From Proteromonas lacertae (lineage: Eukaryota): 64,000 nt of DNA. Below are positions 52,370 through 64,000 of the stretch, one piece after another. Below the pieces are notes generated by a model. It was not told the DNA's origin and did not search any database. It saw only the letters and a program-made list of their open reading frames with translations. A program made the position numbers and the translations under genes. Numbering within the stretch: position 1 is the first letter of the stretch; every line of letters begins with the position of its first letter. The stretch lies in contig NGBS01000585.1 in the NCBI GenBank assembly GCA_002245135.1, positions 62,001 through 126,000 of the forward strand, in the 5' to 3' direction.

Positions 52370-54822
52370 CTACTTTCTTATATTTCTTGTTCTCATTGGA
52401 GATTTCATTGGAGACTTTGCAACATGTTTCTGAGCTTAAATTAATATTAAAGATGAACTTAATCATAAACAAAAGCAATATAAAAAAAGATATATTGAAA
52501 AATGCAAGTGATTTTGGATCTTTTGACATAACATTTTCCATTTCCATTTTACTAAATTGTTCACCATAATCTAAATCATCTCCATCTTCTTTAGAATCAT
52601 AAGGATTATAATCATCTAATGGTTCTCCAGCATAATATTTCTCAAACTTTTCTAACAACAATTTTCTTGCTTGATTGACAGATTCATCACACGAATGTAA
52701 TTCTTCTTTTTTACTTTGATATGTCTCACTAAGCGATCTATATTGTTTCTTTGCTTCACTTAAATCTCTTAGAATTCTATACTCTTCTTCATCAATCACT
52801 TTTTCACCATCTATTACTACTTCATCTCCCATTTTTCTCTTTTGCTCTGATTGAGCTTTTAATTCATCAATTCTCTTTTTTGTATTGTTAATTTGTGCTG
52901 TTAAGTCTTTAATCTCTTCAACAGTGTTTTTATAATGTTCTTTTTCAGCTAATAATGATCGATTGAATTGTCTTCCTTCACATTGTTTAAATGTCTAATA
53001 AACAATAAATATAATAACAATTATATATACTTCAAAAGCAGCTTTCTTATCCATTCCTGGTATTAATGATGTAGTATTCAATCCATTATTATTATTGTTA
53101 TTTGTATTGTTATTAAGTGGAGAATCCATATAAGATGATACACTTGGCATATTCTTCACACCTGGTGATGCAGTAATTGATCTTGATCTAGAACGAGTTG
53201 TACCTGGTGATCTTCTATCAATTGCCTTTGGTCGAGAACTATAAATAATAATATTAATATATACCCTGGTGGTGCAACACCTAATGCAAATCCTCCACTA
53301 ACTAATTCTCCTACACCTGGACCACTGGGTGTTTCTACTGCAGCTCCACTTGCTGTGTTTGAACCTGGTGGTGCATTTATATCTACAGTTGGTTGCTGTT
53401 GTTTCTCTGTTAATTCAAAATCAGCTTTTAATTTCTCTTCTACTTCATGAGCCATATCTTTAGACACTTTTTTGAATTGTTGGAATATTTCTTTTACTTG
53501 CTTTAAACTAGTGAATTCTAATATTCCGTCTTCTTCATTTTCTGGTGCATCTATAAATTGTTTCACCTTTTTAGCTAATTCTGTACGTTGAGATTCAGTT
53601 AAATCACTATAAATTTCACCAGATTTACCATTAAAAGCAGCGACTAACATCAATTCAGCTTTTAACTCTTTAATTTGTGTTTCATATTTTTTCAATAATT
53701 GAACTGGATCACTAAATATATTTGTACTTGCTGTACTTTTAACTCTCATCATTCTACTAGCAAATCGTAATGTAGAAATTGTTTCTTCAATATGTCGAGC
53801 TTCACCCCAAATATTAGCGATTAAAACAGTTCTACAATTACCACCTAATGAATCTTTCAATATATTTGTTAATTTTGATTGTCTATAAGGAATATGTCCT
53901 CTTTCTGGTTGTGTTAATGCAATGACACATTGCTCAAGATATGATAAACTTCTATTAATATAAATACTCTCTTTCTTAGTAATATCTTCTACTGTAATAT
54001 GCTTAGTTGTTTCTTGATCTAAAGTTTTTTTTAATCTTTCACTTCCAGCTAAATCTACTAAATGTAATTTAGAACTTAATATCTTAGAAGCATCTCCTAA
54101 TCTTGATTGTTGTTCCACATATATTGTGAAGATACAATGAGATCTTGAACTATTTTTATTCAACATATGTTCAGCTGTTGTTCTTCTTGATTCTCCTTTA
54201 AACATTTCATCTAATGCTTCTTCTTCTGAATTTACTTGTATTTTAGTTAATCCACGTATAAATATATCCATTCCATGTGCTCCCTTTTCTTCGTATATTT
54301 GATAATCAGCATCTGGATTGACATTATCAGTTAATAAATCGAATATCCTTTCATTATATATTTCTAAGTAACTAACTTGTATATTAAATTCCATATCGGA
54401 TCTTGCTTCAACTTCTTGGAAGATTTGTGCTACTGCTCTTGGAATTACTCCTCTTTGCTTGTAATCTCCTGGCCTTCCTACCATTGTGAATGTTTTACCA
54501 GCACCTGTTTGTCCATATGCCATGATTGTTCCATTATAACCTTCCATAACTGTACTTACTATTTTTGCACCAATACTGTCATAAACTGTATCTTGAGTAG
54601 CATTATGTAACATCTGATGAAATTGGAAGGTTTGGAAATCTTTTTTATTATTCACTGCATCTTTTTTAACGTCTGGATCAGATTGATTTACAGATATTGA
54701 CTAATGAGAATAATAAGCCAGAAAATCAATACATTTTTTTCTACATTAATGAAAATACGATCTTGAGCAAATGCAGCAGTAGGCCTTGTTCTTACTATTA
54801 CTCTAACACCGTTCTTTGACAT
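52370..54822 (-). CDS. KIF9: Kinesin-9 (KIF9/KLP1-like)
   Basis: VRVIVRTRPT, AYGQTGAGKTFTM, NKNSSRSH, LVDLAGSER, HIPYRQSKLT, ETISTLRFASRM; tail IDEEEY..DPKSLAFFN|AQK. Confidence 0.88.
52436..52493 (-). other. Putative U12-type AT-AA intron (58 nt)
   Basis: 5' ATATCTTT, branch-like TCTTTAAT, 3' TTTAA; removal gives SLAFFN|AQKHVAKSPMK..RK*. Confidence 0.7.
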
Positions 54823-54887
54823 TAAAATAATCAAAACCACAAAACTGTTTTTTTAGTGAAACACCTATATTTTTATAAATTATTGAA

Positions 54888-56277
54888 ATGAATAATCTAC
54901 AACCCATTCCACCACTTAAAACCAATTATACTAAACCATTTAGGCATATATCACCAGTTTCTAGTTCTTCAAGGAATAGCTAATGAGTCATTCACCAATT
55001 GTGGTTAGACCACCATTATCAGCTAGATACCAATCAAGTACAGATCAAATTAGACCATATAGAGGTTTAGATGGTCCATCATATACTTTAAGCGGAGAAT
55101 CATCTACTTTCAACATTCCTAAACTTAGTTTATCTAGTAGCCATGCTATACCATCTGTATTAGACAAATGGCCATCCACAAACAGAAGTAGAGGAGGAAC
55201 CAATACATTTCCAACAATAAATGCTTCATTAAGCAAACAACATCCTTCAATAGATATAAATGATTCTACAAAACCAAAGTTACTCAAACAATTGGAAAGA
55301 TATTTAGGATGAAGAGTTAACAACACTTGGAACAAATGATTCGTCTAATTTAGCTGTTTTACAAATATATAGAGAATGTTTTATAGTATTTATAAATGAA
55401 TTTCAAACATACAAACCAATTCTCCAATTAATATTAAATGCATATGATAGTATGTTGGAAAATTACAGAAATAAATTACAGTTTATTGTTCCATTAAAAT
55501 CCAAGTTAGGAAGTATTAAAAAAGATACTGATAAACAATTAAGTGATCAAAAAGAGAAATATGTGGAACAAATAATGAAATTAAATGCTAAAATAAATGA
55601 ATTACAACATAAATGTGATGAATTCAAATTAAATGCACCATCGTTGAAACTAATGCAGAAAGAATATGAAGGAATATTAAGTGATCAAAAGAAAAGATAT
55701 ATCGACTTAAAAGTATTGTGATATATGTTATATTATTTATTAAAAATAGGAAAGAAATCAATCTTTATTTCAAGCTTTAGATCGAGCTGAAAATGATATT
55801 AACAGATATAGAAGTGAATTACATGATTGTGAAGGTAAAATAAAGAATATTCCTAAGTTAGAACAAACTATTAAACTATTATCAGAACAAGTAGATATTA
55901 ATACGAAGGAGAAAATCAAACATCAAGAGAATTTAGAAAATCTCAAACAAATGCAAAAACGTGTAGGAGAATTAGAAATAGAATTAAACAGTATAAAAGA
56001 GGAAAGGAACATATTAAAGAATCAATTAGCTGGAAAAGATGACGAAATTAATAATTGTAATGAAAGGTACAAACAATTAATGAATAGTATGAGTGGAATA
56101 ATTAGTCAAAGAGAAAGGATTTTAGATGATGAAAAACATCTGGAAGATATATGGAAAGCTGAATTGAATGATATGGGTATATTGTCAAACGAAGGAGGTT
56201 CTGTAATGACATTGGAGTATTTGGGAGATTTAATGGTGAAAACAATTAGAAATTTGAAAGAAGAGAGTAAGAAATAA
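54888..56277 (+). CDS. TSNAXIP1: Translin-associated factor X-interacting protein 1-like coiled-coil protein
   Basis: KPKLLKQLERYL-DEEL..LQIYRECF..FINEFQTYKPILQLILNAYD; +1 frameshift at 55307; 5' exon tentative. Confidence 0.7.
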
Positions 56278-56436
56278 TAGATTTTCAAATATTATTAATT
56301 TAACAATATTTAAATAAGTAATGTGAGTTTTTATTATATATATTCTTTTTATTGTCATTTATCATCTCTCTAACATATTAATCATATAAAGAATAATAGT
56401 ATAATTTACATTTATATAAAAAATATTATATATCAC

Positions 56437-57342
56437 TTAAAATGCTTGTTTGGGCTTTTCTACACGAGGATGATTAAAGGATCTCCATAATTCAAACTCA
56501 TTCCTATCAATTTCTTTTGTACATCTACCATATTGTGTTGCTAGACGAGGTGATATTATTTCTTCAGCTACTTGTGGATTCCATGCTGTTTTACTTAAAT
56601 CAGTTGATAAACTCTTAATAGGATTCCATTCTCTACTTCCATGATATTTTCTTGAACATTGCTCAGTTGCTGGTCGTCTTGTTGTAGTATTATATTTCTG
56701 AGTAATTGTTGAATTTAAACTTCTTGGACTATATCTTGTTTGATCTCTACTTGGATATTTGATTGCTATTGGTGAAGGTTTGTCTGTTTCATCCCACTAT
56801 ATACAATATATCATTTATATATATACAATGCTTTTGCCTTTATGACGTGGTGAACTCTCTGCATAATATCCTCCATATTCATTTAACATATGTCCATACA
56901 ATGGAGAAGCAACAGGAGGTAATGCACTAACATCAGTTACTATATTCATCTAATATAAATTACATATTATCAATACTCTTCTCATAAATTTTGCAGATTT
57001 TAATGCATATGGAGGTTTTCCTGGTTGTATTGGATTGTAATAGAAAGGCTAAAATAACATTACAAATTTATAAATACTTTTGGTTGGTATGGAGGAGCAC
57101 TACATCGAAAAGGTCGATGATGAGGTCTATGCTTGTTTATAGTAAATGTCAATACGGTTCTACTTCTTTCTCTGGGACGTGATGAGTTTCCCTCCATTTA
57201 TGAACTGAATCTAAACTTCGATAATTACCTCTATTACATAAAAACTAAGGGGGTTATACCTTTTTTCACTGTTCATGACATCCTTTAGCAATTCTGACTC
57301 TTCAACACCTAAGTGATAGTGTGAGACATGCACAGTTGTCAT
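56437..57342 (-). CDS. Hypothetical basic Pro-rich multi-exon protein
   Basis: MTTVHVSHYHLGVEE.. continues through several ~28-nt GT-AG introns; not in the ORF track. Confidence 0.55.
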
Positions 57343-57436
57343 AATATTTAATTAAGATCAAAACTGTTATTTTACTGTCAAAATAGATTTGAATGTCAGT
57401 TAGGCTCGAAAAGTTATCGAGCTTAGATTATAAATC

Positions 57437-58267
57437 ATGTCTTTTCACGACAGTGACTTGACATTCATGAATTATACTGATCCCAATCAGTATTGTAATG
57501 AAAAATTTAGATATGTTGAATCTGAGACACTTCTATCTCCTCCTCATCGAAGAAAACGTACTTGTCGTGAATTATTAGAAGATTGTTTTTATGAATGGAA
57601 GATATTTACATACACACATTTAAAATATGATTTCCAATTGCATGTTGTAGATTATATTAGAAATCAAAGGTTAATAAGAATACTCAAGAATTGGAGGATG
57701 TGGGCTCATAATAAAAGAACAGAAAGAATCAGAATGGCAATTGGAAAAGATTTAGCAGATGAACAATATTGTTATGATTTAAAGAGGCATTTTTTCATAA
57801 AATGGAGAAGAGCATCTCGTAATCATCCATCACTTCGATTTATGAATTGGTATAAATCGTTTGCATTACCGATGTGTGATCATTCTAAAGAATTAGACAA
57901 TGCAACAGATATAGATAAATATGAAAGTATATTTATTATGTTTATATATATTATGATTATAGTAAAATTGAGTATAGCAAGGGAATTCAGAAAGAGAAAA
58001 GAAAAATTGAGATTGAAAGAAATATTTAAAGCTTGGAGAGTATATACACGAAAACAAAGATGTAAGACTGGCAGAAGATATCTAATACCGTTATTACTGA
58101 AATATTATGTAGGTAGACATACAAAACCAACAAGTGATTATATTAAAAAGACTGAAGCAAAAGTTTATCTTACAGAGAATCCAGAATTAATTGTATTGAA
58201 TAAAAGAAAAAATCACAAAAAAACAACCAAGAAGAAGAAAAAGCGAATTACATCTCATTCTTATTAA
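57437..58267 (+). CDS. Sfi1-like repeat (centrin-binding type) protein
   Basis: Periodic F/L-x-x-W motifs (CFYEWK, ILKNWR, FFIKWR, IFKAWR); probable in-frame intron at 57927-57962. Confidence 0.5.
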   Translation: MSFHDSDLTFMNYTDPNQYCNEKFRYVESETLLSPPHRRKRTCRELLEDCFYEWKIFTYTHLKYDFQLHVVDYIRNQRLIRILKNWRMWAHNKRTERIRMAIGKDLADEQYCYDLKRHFFIKWRRASRNHPSLRFMNWYKSFALPMCDHSKELDNATDIDKYESIFIMFIYIMIIVKLSIAREFRKRKEKLRLKEIFKAWRVYTRKQRCKTGRRYLIPLLLKYYVGRHTKPTSDYIKKTEAKVYLTENPELIVLNKRKNHKKTTKKKKKRITSHSY

Positions 58268-58292
58268 AAATAATTTAATATATAAATTTCTT

Positions 58293-58702
58293 TTAATTAT
58301 TTACCCATACGTGAATTATATCATTGATTTTTTGTACAACTTCAAAATCCAATTCATTTTGATGTTCTTCACATTCTTCTACAAACAACATAATTCTCAC
58401 TTTGAATTCATTCTTTGATGGTTTGATTGTAGTAATAAGTTCAGTATTTTGATCAATAAATCTAATTGTAGTATTCATGAAATTCACTGAATATGGTGGT
58501 TTTATTATCATGAATATCTATTATAAATGATATAAACATGAATACATTTTCAAATATTTCCAAGTGTTTTGGTAATACAGATAGATTTCTATCAGTAAAA
58601 TAACTCACAATATCCAAAGCAAATCCTTTTTCAATCAATACAACTAGTAATCCAACAACTATCTTTATATATGAGTCTGGAGCACTCTATGAATATATAA
58701 AT

Positions 58703-58736
<34 letters not shown>

Positions 58737-60509
58737 CTGTATCATTAATAATATATAAAAACAGTTCAATTATTCTATTAACCAACACAGTATGTTTATT
58801 GAATATTTCTTTTGTTAGAGAAAGTAGATAAGGTGGTAAATTTGTATTATTATAAAAAGTATCAAAACTATAATCTTTACCACTCCATACATAACTAATC
58901 CATTCTAATACACCTGTTGCTATTGTTACATTATTTAAAGAATATTCTTTTAAATCTTGAAATTCCTTCTTTTGAAGTGATGTTGGATCTGAATTACAAA
59001 TGGCTAAACATTCTAACATTGATTTTTGAAATTCATCTTCTATAATAACAATAAATAAAAAAATAATAAATATATTATTATACCAATATTACTATCTACT
59101 TCTGAATCTTTAAATACAATAAACTTCAATAATCCAATCAAACATTCTTTTATATCAAGAGGAATAGTGTTTCTAATATTAGTAAACAAATAATTCAATG
59201 TTTTATTATAAAACAAACTATTGAAAACTGGATCAAATAGAATTTGAATATTATTTTGATTCTGTAAATAATACCTATAACAATATGATATGGATTCATT
59301 CACAGATGGATTCAAATCTTTTGAAGTTAAATAATTTGATATTTTAAAATATAACTCTGGATTATCTAACAATAATCTTTGATTTAAAAAGTAAACTACA
59401 GATGTATCTTTTTCAATTGTCATTTTATATAATATATCAATGATATGATGCAATCTCATTCTATGAATTTCATTTATATCTGAATATTGCACTAATATAT
59501 ATTTTATAAATTGATAAATATATATTAATTTGTAATGTGATTGTTTACCATACTCAATCACATCTAATAAATGAGTGCCATAATTCAAATACTATTCAAA
59601 TAATAATAATAATAATAATAATAATATACTCTTAATATTAATTGTATAATAAATTGTCTATTTATATCGAATTCCATTACATTCCATTTACCTATACAAT
59701 GATAAGGATCATTTTGTATTTGTGTTGCAATTGATAATTCTTTTAACAATGAATGAGGAAATGATTTGCAGATTTCATATTTTAATGGTAAATATTGCGG
59801 CTGACTTACCAGTTCATATAAATACATTGGAAGTGTATTAGAATATTCTGTATTTGCTTTTATATAAGTAGATAATAACTATATGTAAATCACTTATATA
59901 GTATACATAAGTATAAACGACTTTATAAATGTCTTTATATAATATTTCTTTATTTTCATGAGCTGAGGTAGATAACCATTTTAAGAACAAATTAATAAGT
60001 GGTACAAAACCACGGTAACTAAACAATATATTGATGATTAACTGAATACTTTTCAGATAAGAATTTTACTACTTCTTTTGGAGTTCCACCCTTTTTAACA
60101 TATTCAACAACAGTTTTGATGATATTATATTCAACAATAGCATCTTTATTTGTTAAAATTGTTTTGTATTTCTCTAATTCTTCAGGGTTTAGATGCTGAT
60201 GTTCATTTGTAAATTTATTAACCCTATATGAAATTCCATTTTCTTCCCTTTCTTCCCAAATCTGGTCTTCTGTAATAATTTCTTCAACATCATCTGGCTT
60301 TTCAGTTAAAACATTTCCAGTCAGCTATTTTATTTTAATATATTATTTTTATACTAAATCTATATATGTTTCACCTTCAAATTCCCCATACTCGTTATAC
60401 TGTTTATCTACTTTGTATCTCTTTTCACCAACGTTTGGAACATTAACTATAAATGCAAATAAAGTGTTAATATACATCTCATCACCCCCACATTATCTTC
60501 TTCTTCCAT
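58293..60509 (-). CDS. NELFCD: Negative elongation factor C/D (TH1)
   Basis: SYRGFVPLINLFLKWL, IATGVLEWI, IIKPPYSVNF match TH1 conserved blocks; multi-exon. Confidence 0.7.
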
Positions 60510-60634
60510 TTTATAAATTCAAAGCAGAATCAAGCCTATATATTTTATTTTTTATTTAAACCCAAAACACACATTTTAATATAGTATAATAATTGATAAT
60601 TTAGTACATAAATATAATACTAATACATAAATAT

Positions 60635-63600
60635 TTACTCAACATAACTTCTATCAGCTCCACTACTACGTGTTACACTCCTATCAACACTTTTTAATGC
60701 ATCTTGATTTCTTGAAGAACTAAAGTCATTCAAATCTCTAGTACTTATATTTCTTCCACTCATATTTCTTCTACTTGAACTTCTACCAGTAGAACATGAT
60801 GCAAAACCTTTATCTTCAATATAAAACAATCCAGGCATTGATAATGAACATAATCCAATGTTACCTATACTAAATACATCAGGTTTTACAGCAAATCTTC
60901 CTCTAGTTGCTCCTTTCCTTGCTAAACTTCTTGATCTCTTTGAATTGGCTGCTGATGATAAACTTGAAGAACCACCTAATGTTGTACTTGCTTGAATTAC
61001 ATTTACCCACAAATATGATATTTTAGAAGTAAACTGTAATGCTAATGTTGCTAATGATCCTAATTCAACACCTAAACCTCTTAACATTAATAATGTATCA
61101 GGCTGTTTCTCCATTAATACATTCAATGGAATTTCCAATATACCTAAAATAATCATCAACACAATTGTAGACGCTAAACTGATAGATTCGTTAAACTCTG
61201 ATGATGCTTTTCTAGTTGCCCAAGCTAATTTAGCTCCCCATAAGAATAGTAATACAACTCCAACAATCTCAATATATGTGAATATATCATTGGCTGTACA
61301 TTCTCTAATGTAATAATCATCTAAATAATTTGAATAATCTACACTATATGTCTCAGTATATTCTGCTCTATCAACTAACCACCAAATCATCAAATATAAC
61401 GCTTGTGCTAATTCAATTGTACCAATGATCTTTAATAACATCATATTAGAAATCTTTACTCTCTTCATCTCTTTGTTATTGAATAATTTATGAATTCTCC
61501 ATGCTTTACAAAACAAGATACTGAATGTAAAATCAACCGTAATAGCTAACCACCACACTCTCATTGCACAAACTACATCATCAGGATATAATGTGAAAAT
61601 CAATCCACTTACACTTTCTAAAATAACACCTAAAATTGTATAATATAAGAATAAAGGTGAAGATGCATGAATAATTCTTGACTGTCTAAATGTAAATATA
61701 ATAATACCAACAATAACAGCTAAAATCATAACTAATATCATGAATACAATTACAGTCCATTGTAAAGCAGAGTTATATTCATATAATACAATATTTTTAC
61801 CTAATTTACAATCATCTTCACTAATATAAGTCAATTTTGCTTCAAATGATTCAGCTTTTCCTTGATTTGGATATACTTGTATTTTATTTACTCCTGATAT
61901 TCTGAATATATAAATTTGTCTTGTTGCATGATTGTTATACTGCATATTCATTGTACCACCAGGTCCATTATAACTTACATACTTCATACTTAATCTTACA
62001 TATCTATAATCAGGCCATTCATCACTAGAATCACCATTACTTTCAGCATATTCTACTGCAGCTTTCCATAAATATATTGAACTGTAACTTGTTTCAAAAA
62101 TTTCACCTAATAAAATAGTATTTTGATAAATCTGTTGAATTGAGTATGAAAAAGCACCTGAAGTTGTACTTTTGATTTCTGATGTATAAGGAGAAACGAT
62201 ATACGTACCTGAAAGTTTATTTATTGTTTCTTCACTCAAATCATGATAATCATAATTCATAAAGAATATACTGATAGAATCTTTATCAATTGTTGTATCT
62301 GAAAAATAATAGGATAAAAACTTCTCTTGTTCTGCACCAGAGAACAAATTAATACATACAAACCTTTCTACATCAACAAATATTGATTTGAACTTGGCAA
62401 TAATACCTTCCAAATCATTAGGATTATATGGAGTGAAGAAATGAGAACCAATATAATTAAAACCCTTTTCAATTGCCATATTCTTTATAACATTCTCCAT
62501 TATAGTTGTACTATTAGCAGTACTACCAATAACAAACAAATTCAACAATTCCATAGAATGAATATAATTCAATGTTGGTTCAGCTTTTTGGTTAATTGTA
62601 ACACCAGTACTTAAAACATATGGAGAACATGTAGCACCATCTTCTCTTCCTAAATAGTCAAATATAACATCACTATTTGCAGCTTCTAAATATCTTTGAG
62701 CTTCAGTTCTGCACAATGGAGTCATACAACCAAATATTATCTTCAAATTATCAGTGGATGTCATTATTGTTCTCATTTGCGCATATACTTTTGAAGATAT
62801 AATAAAGTAATGATCAGCAATTAATAATCTACCTAAAATACCATTTCCATCATTAATTTCATCAATTGCTATATTCTGAATTAATAAGTTAAATTTCTCA
62901 CTTTGTGAACCAATATCACTTTCATGTATAAATGCAACATGAATTGGATCATTATTATGCATTTCACCTAACTCTTTATTCCAATCACATACATAACCTC
63001 TTAAATCTCCATTCCATTGATTATAAAGATCTGGATCAATATATGCTGTTGGATGCCAATTGATTGTAATACTTCTATCTTGAATTGTACCTGAATAAAT
63101 CAATCTTTTCATTACATTATTACCTGCTAATTCAACTGATTCACTTGGAGTATCTATATAATAATCATATAGCAAAGAGAAAGTATCATAGTCAAAACTA
63201 TTAGAATCAGAAACTAATGATTTCCAAAACATTACCATTGTAAATGCAGTTTCAAATTCACTTCTAAAATACTTATCACTACCAATATTAACATGTACTT
63301 CTTGATTAAACTCAGTAGCCAAATAAGGTATTGTAAATGATGTTTTACCAGATACTCCAACAGATTCAAAGTATGTACCTATTACTTGATTACCATTTAA
63401 ACAAGATGGTTCTACTTGATACAGCAGATTCTCATCAAAGAGAGTTGATAATACAACCCAATTGGGAGGTATCATATTATAATTACATAAATCTTTAAAC
63501 AATGATATATATAGTTCATTACTATTCAATGTTGCTATAATATATCCTTTACTATTAGCAATAGATAATCTTTGAAGTTGAGCTGCATTATTATGTCCAC

Positions 63601-64000
63601 TATACTTGATATTACCCATCAATAATATATTCAATTCACCTAAATAATCTACCATATAATCATTCAATTTCTCAGTATAATTATCAGGTGAATATACCAA
63701 TACAACTGATGTTGTTTCATCTAATGACTTTTTAATTGCACTTATAGCTATTTGTGATGGATTTAATTCACCAGTTATTACATTTGAAGGACATTCAATA
63801 CTATAAGTATGCCCACAGAAGAAGAAGAATGCTTTTTTATCTTTCATTATTGATGTAATTATTTCATAATGATCTGGACTAACACCTCCAAATATATAGA
63901 CAATACCATTGTTTATTGCTTTGTTTATCAATTCTTCATATTTAATTACATCTGATTGTACATCATATATTTTATAATTCAAATAATAACCTAACACTTG
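60635..64000 (-). CDS. Class C (7TM_3) GPCR with tandem AmiC/UrtA-type periplasmic-binding domains, 5'-partial
   Basis: AIDEINDGNGILGR, IIFGCMTP, EDGATCSPYVLSTG..NQ, GPGG..NNHATR; 7TM with RIIHASSPLF, LFCKAWRIHKLF, EFNESISL. Confidence 0.85.
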   Translation of the reverse strand, partial: QVLGYYLNYKIYDVQSDVIKYEELINKAINNGIVYIFGGVSPDHYEIITSIMKDKKAFFFFCGHTYSIECPSNVITGELNPSQIAISAIKKSLDETTSVVLVYSPDNYTEKLNDYMVDYLGELNILLMGNIKYSGHNNAAQLQRLSIANSKGYIIATLNSNELYISLFKDLCNYNMIPPNWVVLSTLFDENLLYQVEPSCLNGNQVIGTYFESVGVSGKTSFTIPYLATEFNQEVHVNIGSDKYFRSEFETAFTMVMFWKSLVSDSNSFDYDTFSLLYDYYIDTPSESVELAGNNVMKRLIYSGTIQDRSITINWHPTAYIDPDLYNQWNGDLRGYVCDWNKELGEMHNNDPIHVAFIHESDIGSQSEKFNLLIQNIAIDEINDGNGILGRLLIADHYFIISSKVYAQMRTIMTSTDNLKIIFGCMTPLCRTEAQRYLEAANSDVIFDYLGREDGATCSPYVLSTGVTINQKAEPTLNYIHSMELLNLFVIGSTANSTTIMENVIKNMAIEKGFNYIGSHFFTPYNPNDLEGIIAKFKSIFVDVERFVCINLFSGAEQEKFLSYYFSDTTIDKDSISIFFMNYDYHDLSEETINKLSGTYIVSPYTSEIKSTTSGAFSYSIQQIYQNTILLGEIFETSYSSIYLWKAAVEYAESNGDSSDEWPDYRYVRLSMKYVSYNGPGGTMNMQYNNHATRQIYIFRISGVNKIQVYPNQGKAESFEAKLTYISEDDCKLGKNIVLYEYNSALQWTVIVFMILVMILAVIVGIIIFTFRQSRIIHASSPLFLYYTILGVILESVSGLIFTLYPDDVVCAMRVWWLAITVDFTFSILFCKAWRIHKLFNNKEMKRVKISNMMLLKIIGTIELAQALYLMIWWLVDRAEYTETYSVDYSNYLDDYYIRECTANDIFTYIEIVGVVLLFLWGAKLAWATRKASSEFNESISLASTIVLMIILGILEIPLNVLMEKQPDTLLMLRGLGVELGSLATLALQFTSKISYLWVNVIQASTTLGGSSSLSSAANSKRSRSLARKGATRGRFAVKPDVFSIGNIGLCSLSMPGLFYIEDKGFASCSTGRSSSRRNMSGRNISTRDLNDFSSSRNQDALKSVDRSVTRSSGADRSYVE

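Noticed and set aside
54981..54985. TAATG stop-start overlap suggesting reinitiation
   Set aside because: A 23-nt GT-AG intron (54957-54979) joins the frames, or 54983 is simply the start
1..64000. Blastocystis-style stop codons created by polyadenylation
   Set aside because: Every gene I modelled has a genomic stop; no case requires it
1..64000. tRNA, rRNA, CRISPR arrays or prokaryotic operons
   Set aside because: None recognised by eye; the DNA is eukaryotic and intron-rich. A covariance-model scan is needed to exclude small RNAs

Overview
AT-rich, gene-dense eukaryotic nuclear DNA in the standard code, with about 33 protein genes. Most are split by tiny (~23-40 nt) GT(AT)..AG introns and separated by very short spacers. 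Axonemal genes (dynein intermediate chain, kinesin-9, MYCBP/FAP174, TSNAXIP1), a mastigoneme-type Cys/EGF protein and the tiny introns suggest a flagellated stramenopile near Blastocystis/Proteromonas (inference). Main points: (1) two independent U12-like introns with non-canonical AT-AA ends, each needed to restore a conserved protein motif; (2) a single-chain triple dUTPase whose degenerate motifs all map to one of its three composite active sites; (3) two class C (7TM_3) GPCRs with unusual ectodomains, one with tandem bacterial AmiC/UrtA-type binding domains and one with CUB/EGF/filamin domains; (4) E2F-type sites in front of the dUTPase and an OB-fold/Zn gene; (5) a near-identical 2.57 kb direct duplication abutting a methyltransferase relic; (6) an Mrr/RRG7-like nuclease gene missed by the ORF track. 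Scattered +1 frameshifts are most likely long-read consensus errors. Gene coordinates are hand-spliced models from start to stop, introns included.
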